Source: Eledone cirrhosa (Eukaryota). From it: a stretch of DNA of 64,000 bases. Shown piece after piece: positions 54,960 through 64,000 of this stretch. The DNA lies in the NCBI GenBank assembly GCA_964016885.1, contig OZ024757.1, forward strand, positions 19,592,001-19,656,000, written 5' to 3'. A model generated the notes under the pieces. That model searched no databases and was not told where the DNA came from. It saw only the letters and a program-made list of their open reading frames with translations. Made by a program: the position numbers and the translations under genes. Every line of letters starts with the position of its first letter. Position 1 is the first letter of the stretch.

Positions 54960-55007
<48 letters not shown>

Positions 55008-55008
<1 letters not shown>

Positions 55009-55362
55009 ACAAAGTAGGTGGAGTAACGAACCAGGTGGACCATAACGCACCAGAGTACTCAATACTTGGTGTAGTAGAGTGGGCAATAAGAAAAGATTCA
55101 GGACCCCGACAGTTGAGCTCCTGTTGTTTCGGATCTTGCTGTCGACCCAGCCAGAGCTCATTGGGTCCTGAAAATATTTCATAGATATCTGTTGGTTTTC
55201 TCGTTGCTTCAGCGTCGGGGCTAGGCTGGGCCGGCCCGCCACAGTTTACAAATTTGCCATGCCGTCTAACGAATGTTATTACTCCGAGGTTCCTCATCCA
55301 GTGCTTGGCTGCACAATTCTTCATTGTATCTCTTTGGCATGGCTACAGCGGAAACTTCCATT
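55008..55362 (-). mobile_element. Longest copy of repeat family X, between (TA)n tracts
   Basis: Its 3' part matches 12640-12730 and 49112-49200. Confidence 0.7.
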
Positions 55363-56210
55363 TATATATATATATATATATATGTAGGAGGTGAGTTTTA
55401 TTGTAGCACAATAAAGCAATGCAAATATCGGATAAGTAGCACTCAACAGTTTATAGGACTGGAGTATAAATAATATAAAATTAAAAGATGGTTAAAAGAG
55501 TTCCATGTTTTTGAAATGCGCATAATAAAATACATGGAACTCTTTTAACCATCTTTTGATTTTATAATAATAATAATAATGAAATTATTGTGTACAGTGC
55601 TCAGGTGCACTACAACTCATCAAAGGTGCATGTATAGTACATAGAATAATGTACAAATGTCAGGAAAATGAACAGTGTACGAGTCCTGATATAATAACAA
55701 TAACAATAATGAAATATTGTGTACAGTGCCCAGGTGCACCACAACTCATCAAAAAAGTGCATGTACAGTACATAGGGCAATGCACAAACATCAGTAATAT
55801 TATATATATATATATATATGAGAGTATTGAAGTTTGCTTGAAGCATTGTGGAACAATAAGTAAATATCTTTAAGTCGTTTGGAAGCCTCGACTTAAAGAT
55901 ATATGTATATATATATCATAAATCATGTCCTTAGAATTACTAGATAAAATATATACAATTTCCTCTCCCAATTAGCATAATTAACCATATAAAAAATCAA
56001 TTAGACCAGGCTATAATTAAAGACTCCCATGAAGAAATATTTGATAAATAACCGAAAGCAGCCTCTTCGCGGTTGACCACAATAGAGTATTTACCCAACA
56101 TTTCAACAGCATGCAGAAACTGACCAGATATACCGTCAACCATACACAATTAGGTATAAATTTAAAGTTAGAAATGTGTACATACAGTATATATATATAT
56201 ATATATATAT

Positions 56211-56795
56211 GGAGGCACATGGCTTAGTGGTTAGAGCATTGGCCTTGCAATCGAAAGGTTGTGAGTTTAATTCTCAAACCGGGTGATGTGTTGTTTCCTT
56301 GAGCAAGACACTTTATTTCACGTTGCTCCAGTTTACTCAGCTGTAGAAATGAGATGATAGTGACTGGGGTCCCTATCATTCCACTGTAAAGTGGTCGTGG
56401 AGGTGCCACGCCACGCCAAAAAAAAGCACCCAGCCCACACTGTAAAATGGACGTGTAGGCACCACGGCAAAAGAAGCACCCAGCCCACACTGTAAAGTGG
56501 TCGTGGCGGTGCCACGGCAAAAAAGCACCCAGCCCACACTGTAAAGTGGTCGTTGCCATGGCAAAAAAAGCACCCAGCCCACATTGTAAAGTGGTCGTGG
56601 AGGTGTCACGGCAAAAAAAAGCACCCAGTCCACACTGTAAAGTGGACGTGGAGGTGCCACGGCAAAAAAGCACCCAGCACTCACTGTAAATGAGGTTGGT
56701 GTTAGGAAGGGCATCCAGCTGTAGAAATCAAGCCAGAATCAGTTCCCGTCCCACCCTTGCAAGCAGGGAAAAGCGGACGTAAAATGATGATGATA
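56211..56795 (+). mobile_element. SINE family 1 with about 6 diverged ~50-bp internal repeats
   Basis: Head, internal array and RTE-like tail are all visible. Confidence 0.9.
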
Positions 56796-56811
56796 TCCAT
56801 TCATTATTAGG

Positions 56812-56998
56812 GGATTGGCAGTATCAGTAGAGGGTCGGACGCCATGCTTTCTAGCATAGAGTTACGTCCCTTTACGGAATGAGTTCAAATCCCGCCGAGG
56901 TTAACTTTGCCTTTCATCCTTACGAGGTCGATAAAATAAAGTACCAGTAATGTACTGAGTAATTGCTGGCCTTGTGCCAAAAGTAGAAACAATTATTA
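56812..56998 (+). mobile_element. SINE family 2 (also 23050-23185, 54688-54868 and 61897-62330 on -)
   Basis: Matches the other copies. Confidence 0.85.
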
Positions 56999-57043
56999 TG
57001 AAGGCGAAAAAGTGAGTCTTGTTACTCTGGAGTTTTGCCTTAA

Positions 57044-57325
57044 CCTTTCAATGTTTAAACCGGCCAGAATTCTCTATCTCCTTCTGTTGAAACTGGCTGT
57101 AACTGGTCGTTCAAACTGATGTTAAGGTATTGTTCTCAAAATAAATACTTTCAAAATCTCATAGATTCGATATTATGTGAGATAATTATGTGAGGTAAAG
57201 CCTTTACCATGAAAATATAATAGTATATATAGAGTAATGTGAATGTTATGTGAGATATTATGTGAGGTAAAGCCTTTACCATGAAAATATAATAGTATAT
57301 ATAGAGTAATGTAAATGTTAAAGGG
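57044..57325 (-). mobile_element. piggyBac-type MITE
   Basis: TTAA-CCTTT...AAAGGG-TTAA with an internal ~73-bp duplication. Confidence 0.7.
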
Positions 57326-57458
57326 TTAACAAGACTTATTTTTAGCTTTAATAATATTGAATATTAAAACTCTACTTAAGTATTGAGTACTCCTTTCTCT
57401 TAGGCGTCAAGCACATACGGATATATATATATACACATGCACATAAACACACACATGT

Positions 57459-57521
<63 letters not shown>

Positions 57522-57729
57522 TATATATGTATATATATATATACAAACACACTCACATATATATAGAGTATATACATACACATAAAAAACATATATACAT
57601 ATATATATATATATCTATACACATATACACACACACACACACATATATATGCACATACATATATATCTATACACATATTATATACACACATATGTATATA
57701 TATATATATACACATACATATATAACTAT

Positions 57730-57769
<40 letters not shown>

Positions 57770-57821
57770 TAATATAACAGATTAAAGTTTAAGCAAAGAA
57801 TCGCTGCTTTCACCCTTAACA

Positions 57822-57909
<88 letters not shown>

Positions 57910-57942
57910 TATATATATACACAAACATACATATATATCTAT

Positions 57943-57980
<38 letters not shown>

Positions 57981-58215
57981 GTATATAACCAAAGGTAGTG
58001 TTTTCAATTAGAAATATACTAATGGAATGGTTAAATTTGAGTGGTTTTGACATACTTGTTGTTCTTCTTCTTTCCAGCCTCCTCCTTCTATCCCCCCTCC
58101 TACCCCCTCCTTCTCTTCCCCCTCTCTCTCTCCCTCCCCTTCCTACCCCCCTACTTCACCATCTGAGGCAAAGGTTACTAGGTATATCTGATAGCACGCC
58201 CACACTTTCCCTTTA

Positions 58216-59303
58216 TGTCTGCCTGTGTCTGTGTCTGTGTGTGCTTGAGTCTGTGTGTGCCTCTCTGTGTGTGCCTGTGCCTGTGTGTGCCTGTGCCTGT
58301 GTGTGCCTGTGCCTGTGTGTGCCTCTCTGTATGTGCCTGTGCCTGTGTGTGCCTCTCTGTGTGTGCCTGTGTGTGCCTCTCTGTGTGTGCCTGTGCCTGT
58401 GTGTGCCTGTGCCTGTGTGTGCCTCTCTGTGTGTGCCTGTGCCTGTGTGTGCCTCTCTGTGTGTGCCTGTGCCTGTGTGTGCCTCTCTGTGTGTGCCTGT
58501 GCCTGTGTGTGCCTCTGTGTGTGTGCCTCTCTGTGTGTGCCTGTGCCTGTCTCTCTGTGTGCCTGTGTCTGTGTGTGCCTCTCTGTGTGCCTGTGCCTGT
58601 GTGTGCCTCTCTGAGTGTGCCTGTGCCTGTGTGTGCCTCTCTGTGTGTGCCTGTGTCTGTGTGTGCCTCTCTGTGTGTGCCTGTGCCTGTGTGTGCCTCT
58701 CTGTGTGTGCCTGTGCCTGTCTCTCTGTGTACCTGTGTCTGTGTGTGCCTCTCTGTGTGTGCCTCTCTGTGTGCCTGTGCCTGTGTGTGCCTCTCTCTGT
58801 GTGCCTGTGTGTGCCTCTCTGTGTGCCTGTGTCTGTGTGTGCCTCTCTCTGTGTGCCTCTCTGTGTGTGCCTGTGCCTCTGTGTGCCTCTCTCTGTGTGC
58901 CTCTCTGTGTGTGCCTGTGCCTCTGTGTGCCTCTCTCTGTGTGCCTCTCTGTGTGTGCCTGTGCCTCTGTGTGTGCCTCTGCCTGTGTGTGCCTCTCTGT
59001 GTGCCTCTCTCTGTGTGCCTCTCTGTGTGTGCCTGTGCCTCTGTGTGTGCCTCTGCCTGTGTGTGCCTCTGTGTGCCTGTGTCTGTGTGTGCCTCTCTCT
59101 GTGTGCCTCTCTGTGTGTGCCTGTGCCTCTGTGTGCCTCTCTCTGTGTGCCTCTCTGTGTGTGCCTGTGCCTCTGTGTGTGCCTCTGCCTGTGTGTGCCT
59201 CTCTGTGTGCCTCTCTCTGTGTGCCTCTCTGTGTGTGCCTGTGCCTCTGTGTGTGCCTCTGCCTGTGTGTGCCTCTCTGTGTGCCTGTGTCCGTGTGTGC
59301 CTC
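58216..59303. repeat. (GCCTGT/GCCTCT/GT)n compound repeat
   Basis: Directly visible; source of the Cys/Val ORFs. Confidence 0.95.
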
Positions 59304-59358
59304 TCCCCCCCCTCTCTCTCTCTATGTATATATATATACACACATATATATGTATATA

Positions 59359-59437
59359 CAGGGTGTCCCCCCAAAATATATACACACTATTATTAGAATG
59401 CTGTTGAAGTGTGTATACATTTTTGTGGGACACCCTG
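59359..59437. mobile_element. Tc1/mariner-type MITE, 79 bp
   Basis: TA-CAGGGTGTCCC.CAAAA.TATATACACACT...AGTGTGTATACATTTTTG.GGGACACCCTG; about 30-bp terminal inverted repeats. Confidence 0.75.
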
Positions 59438-60694
59438 TGTGTGTGTGTAAAATGACGTCATATATATATATATATATACATATATATACATATATATATG
59501 ACGTCATTTTACGAACCCTGCAGTTTATTAATGTGTGTGTGTGTGTCTGTGACGTGTGTGTGTGTGTCTGTGTACGTGTATGTGTGTACTTGTGTGTGTG
59601 TCTGTACGTGTATGTGTGTGTGTCTGTACGTGTATGTGTGTACTTGTGTGTGTCTGTACGTGTATGTGTGTACTTGTGTGCGTGTGTACTTGTATGTGTG
59701 TGTGTGTACTTGTGTGTGTGTGTGTCTGTGTACGTGTATGTGTATACTTGTGTCTGCGTGTCTGTGTGTGTGTGTCTATGTGTACATCAGTGTGTGTGTA
59801 TGTGTGTCTGTGTGCATCAGTGTGTGTGTCTGTGTGTACATCAGTGTGTGTGTCTGTGTGTCTGTGTGTGTGTCTATGTGTACATCAGTGTGTGTGTCTG
59901 TGTGTCTATGTGTACATCAGTGTGTGTGTGTGTATGTGTACATCAGTGTGTGTGTGTGTCTGTGTGTACATCAGTGTGTGTGTGTGTGTCTGTGTGTACA
60001 TCAGTGTGTGTGTGTGTGTGTGTATGTGTACATCAGTGTGTGTGTGTGTGTGTATGTGATGTAATTCTATAGACCCTACAGTGTATTATGGTGGGTGTAG
60101 ATCAGTGTGTGTGTGTGTGTGTACATCAGTGTGTGTGTGTATGTGTACATCAGTGTGTGTGTATGTGTGTACATCAGTGTGTGTGTGTATGTGTACATCA
60201 GTGTGTGTGTGTGTATGTGTACATCAGTGTGTGTGTGTGTATGTGATGTAATTCTATAGACCCTACAGTGTATTATGGTGGGTGTAGATCAGTGTGTGTG
60301 TGTGTGTGTACATCAGTGTGTGTGTGTGTATGTGTCTATGTGTACATCAGTGTGTGTGTGTGTGTGTGTGTCTATGTGTACATCAGTGTGTGTGTCTGTG
60401 TGTACATCAGTGTGTGTGTGTGTGTGTCTATGTGTACACCAGTGTGTGTGTGTCTGTGTGTGTGTGTCTGTGTGTGTGTGTGTATGTGTACATCAGTGTG
60501 TGTGTGTGTGTGTGTATGTGATGTAATTCTATAGATCCTACAGTGTATTATGGTGGGTGTAGATCAGTGTGTGTGTGTGAGAGGAGGGTGGGTAGGGTGG
60601 TTAGAGGCCTTTAAGTTGTGCCTCCCACTCCTCTCTCTTACAACCCCCTTCACCATCCTCCCCCTATGCTTACACACTCTCCTGTCTGTCTGTG

Positions 60695-61682
60695 AGTGGT
60701 GGTGGTGGTGGTGGAGATAATGGTGGTGGTGGTTATAGTGGTGGTGGAGGTGGTGGAGATAATGGTGGTGGTGGTGGTTACAGTGGTGGTGGAGGTGGTG
60801 GAGATAATGGTGGCTATAGTGGTGGTGGTGGTGGTTATAGTGGTGATGATGGTGGTGGTGGTGGTATTGCTGGAGATAGTGGTGATGGAGATGATGGTGG
60901 TGGTGGTGGTGGTAGTGATTGTGGTGATGCAGATGATGATGATGATGATGATAGTGATGATGGTGGTTATTGAGATGGTGATGGTAATGGTGGTGGTTAT
61001 GATGGTGGTGGAGGAGATGGTGATGGTGGTGGTGGTTATAGTGGAGATGATGGTGATGGTAATGGTGGTGGTTATGATGGTGGTGGTGGTGGTGGTGGTG
61101 GAGATGATGCTGATGGTAATGGTGGTGGAGGAGATGGTGGTGGTGGTGGTGGTGGAGATGATGGTGATGGTAATGGTGGTGGTTATGATGGTGGTGGTGG
61201 TGGTGGTGGTGGAGATGATGGTGATGGTAATGGTGGTGGTTATGATGGTGGTGGTGGTGGTGGTGGTGGAGATGATGCTGATGGTAATGGTGGTGGAGGA
61301 GATGGTGGTGGTGGTGGTGGTGGAGATGATGCTGATGGTAATGGTGGTGGAGGAGATGGTGGTGGTGGTGGTGGTGGAGATGATGGTGATGGTAATGGTG
61401 GTGGTTATGATGGTGGTGATGGTGGTGGAGATGATGGTGATGGTAATGGTGGTGGTTATGATGGTGGTGGTGGTGGTGGTTATAGTGGAGATGATGGTGA
61501 TGGTAATGGTGGTGGTTGTAGTGGGGATGATGGTGATGGTAATGGTGGTGGTTATGATGGTGGTGGTGGTTATAGTGGAGATGATGGTGATGGTAATGGT
61601 GGTGGAGGAGATGGTGGTGGTGATAGTAATGGTGGTGGTGGTGGTAATGGTGGTGGTGGTGGTGGTAATGGTGGTGGTAGTA
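60695..61682. repeat. (GGT)n/GAT-based repeat
   Basis: Directly visible. Confidence 0.95.
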
Positions 61683-62605
61683 TCATTATTGACTCAGAAA
61701 TAAAAGGGTGGGTTAGGAAGTCAAAAGTTTTGCAACTGTAGAAATTGCCACCCAAACATAGCATGGATGAAACTAAATACTTTAGTGTGAGCTGTTGTTG
61801 TTGTTTAGTCCCCACCCCCACCTGTCCCCTCTATGTCTGGCCTGTGTTTAGCCCCCTTGGGTGACAAAAAGAGGGAAATGTCGACCTCCTCTAGTGATAA
61901 TGTTTTCTACTTTTGGCACAAGGCCAGCAATTACCATCAGTACATTACTGGTACTTTATTTTTATCGACCCCGTAAGGATGAAAGGCAAAGTTAACCTCG
62001 GCGGAAATTGAAGGTTCCTGATTTAGATTCAAGGACTACAAATTTAGGGGATAGTAAAGTCGATCAAATCGACCACAATGCATTACAGGTACTTTGTTTT
62101 ATAGGTCCCGTAAGGATGAAAGACAACAGTAATAAAAATAATAATTGTTTCTGGTTTTGGCACAAGGCCAGCAATTACCCCAGTGCATTACTGGTACTTT
62201 ATTTTATCGAGCCCATTGCTGGTACTTTATTTTATAACCTCGGCAGGATTTGAAAACAGAACGCAAAGGGCCGTAACTCTGTACTGCAAAGCATGGTATC
62301 CGACGCTCTACCGGTTCTGCTAATCCAATGTCCATCTAGTAATTATGATAGCAACAACAACAATAAAAAACAATAAACAACACCACCATCACCACCACCA
62401 ACAATGATAATAACAACAACAACAACAATAACAACACCACCAACAAAAATAACAACAACACCTCCCACCACCACCACCAAAAACAACAATAATAACACCA
62501 CCACCAACGACAATAACACCACCACTACCAACAACAACAACAAATATAAATAAAATTCTACATAAATAAACACAAACTGTATACAATAAATATTTTTGTT
62601 TTAAA

Positions 62606-62656
62606 TAACTAAATATATATTTATAAATATTTTTTCTTATCTTCTTTCAGGTGAGT
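62606..62656 (+). promoter_or_regulatory. 3' splice site directly followed by a 5' splice site (candidate recursive splice site)
   Basis: TTTTTTCTTATCTTCTTTCAG|GTGAGT, with an AG-free upstream zone and a possible branch motif TAACTAA near 62606. Confidence 0.5.
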
Positions 62657-62911
62657 ATCACTTTCTACCTGGCTGTGATTAATATATTGGTATTTTACCT
62701 ACTTTAAGGTAACGTTTTGAACTTAACTATTTATGTATCATGGCACCATTGCCATAACTTCGAAGTCACTGTCATCTCTTCAGAAAATATGACTTGTACA
62801 CTGTTCATATTTATTACGTGTTCATAAAACAGACCATACAGAAATAACAACACAATCGGTACAGAATATGGAAGGTATATTCGGTTAACGCTTGATATAG
62901 CAGGAAGAGGG

Positions 62912-62947
62912 TCTTAACGTTTCGGACGCTAGTCCTTCATCAGAAGA
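62912..62947 (-). ncRNA. Minimal hammerhead, family H7, within an element at 62825-63048
   Basis: UCUU-CUGAUGA-A-GGAC UAGC GUCC-GAA-ACGU-U-AAGA; loopless palindromic stem III. Confidence 0.75.
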
Positions 62948-63069
62948 AAGGATGAGAAATAAGATAGATTGAAGGGACGGGCGGGTTGGAATTTGAAAAA
63001 AATGTCTTTAGATAAAAATAACAGGTCCATTCATGTTGACATCTCTTGGAAATACATTTATATATATAT

Positions 63070-63415
63070 ATTTATTAAAATAACAGATTAAAGTTTAAGC
63101 AAAGAATCGCTGCTTTCACCCTTAACGGGATCTTCTGAAACTAACAAAGTCAATCTGTAAACGCAGAACTGGATATTTAAAAAAACGTTGCAACCGGAGG
63201 AAGACAGGAAGACGATACTTTGGTTCGTGGTAACGTTCGCTGGCAGATTGACTTTGTTAGTTTCAGAAGATCCCGTTAAGGGTGAAAGCAGCGATTCTTT
63301 GCTTAAACTTTAATCTGTTATTTTAATAAATATTTGCTCTACGGTTCTTATATATTTGATATATATTTTCCTTATCGAGCCCTCTTTGGATTTTAGTCTT
63401 CAATTTTATTATTAT

Positions 63416-63420
<5 letters not shown>
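63070..63420. mobile_element. Foldback H10 copy with two variant hammerheads (63083-63158 on -, 63244-63317 on +)
   Basis: Inverted arms; both carry CAGAAGA. Confidence 0.85.
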
Positions 63421-63473
<53 letters not shown>

Positions 63474-63511
63474 CACTCCCACCAACAGCACGAGAAAATG
63501 AGATCGCGATC

Positions 63512-64000
63512 ATGTAGGTGTCACGACAAAAAAAACACAGTCCACGCTGTAATGTGTCCGTGTAGGTAACACGGTAAAAAAACGCAGTCCACGCTGTAAT
63601 GTGGCCGTGTAGGTAACACGGTAAAAAACACAGTCCACGCTGTAATGTGTCCGTGTAGGTAACACGGTAAAAAACGCAGTCCAAGCTGTAATGTGGCCGT
63701 GTAGGAAACACGGTAAAAAACACAGTCCACACTGTAATGTGGCCGTGTAGGTAACACGGTAAAAACCACAGTCCACGCTGTAATGTGGCCATGTAGGTAA
63801 CACGGTAAAAGGTTCCCAGTTCCACACTGTAAATGTGGTTGGTGTTAGGAAGGGCATCCATCCGTAGAAAACCTGCTAGATAGTCCTATATGAGCGAGAC
63901 ACGGTCACCCGACCAGCCTTGCCTCAAGTAGGACAACTCCCGTCTAACCCATGCTAGCGTGGAAAATGGACGTTAAACGAAGATGATGATGATGATGATG
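63512..64000 (+). mobile_element. SINE-family-1-related 3' part with about 7 x 46-47-bp array
   Basis: (CAGTCCACGCTGTAATGTG.CCGTGTAGGTAACACGGTAAAAAA)n, then GTTAGGAAGGGCATCCA..CCCATGCTAGCGTGGA and (GAT)n. Confidence 0.8.

Noticed and set aside
54731-55324. 197-aa ORF with a complex N-terminus
   Set aside because: It spans repeat family X, (TA)n and a SINE, with no recognisable RT or GIY-YIG motifs.
56021-56075. ATGAAGA...CCGAAAGC hammerhead-like string
   Set aside because: The core and stem I cannot be fitted.
62750-62790. CUGAAGA...CGAAG on - strand
   Set aside because: No GAAA, poor stem II and no stem I partner.

Overview
This is eukaryotic, AT-rich, almost entirely non-coding DNA. The tRNA-derived SINEs resemble octopod cephalopod SINEs (inferred from remembered consensus, no search run). 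No intact protein-coding gene is visible: the long ORFs in the track are translations of micro- and minisatellites. The window is a mosaic of simple repeats, two SINE families, RTE/RTEX/L1-Tx1 LINE 3' fragments, a bipartite non-autonomous RTE, piggyBac- and mariner-type MITEs, and tandem arrays amplified from TE fragments. The main signal is about 20 type I hammerhead ribozyme (HHR) motifs from roughly 10 sequence families, found by eye on both strands. They sit in short non-coding elements that are usually bordered by (TA)n and often folded back on themselves, which fits a retrozyme or non-autonomous Penelope-like system. One family has a non-canonical CAGAAGA core in all four copies. Also present are a candidate recursive splice site (62,650) and a small promoter-like island (about 24.0 kb). 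All RNA folds were done by hand, and element boundaries are approximate.
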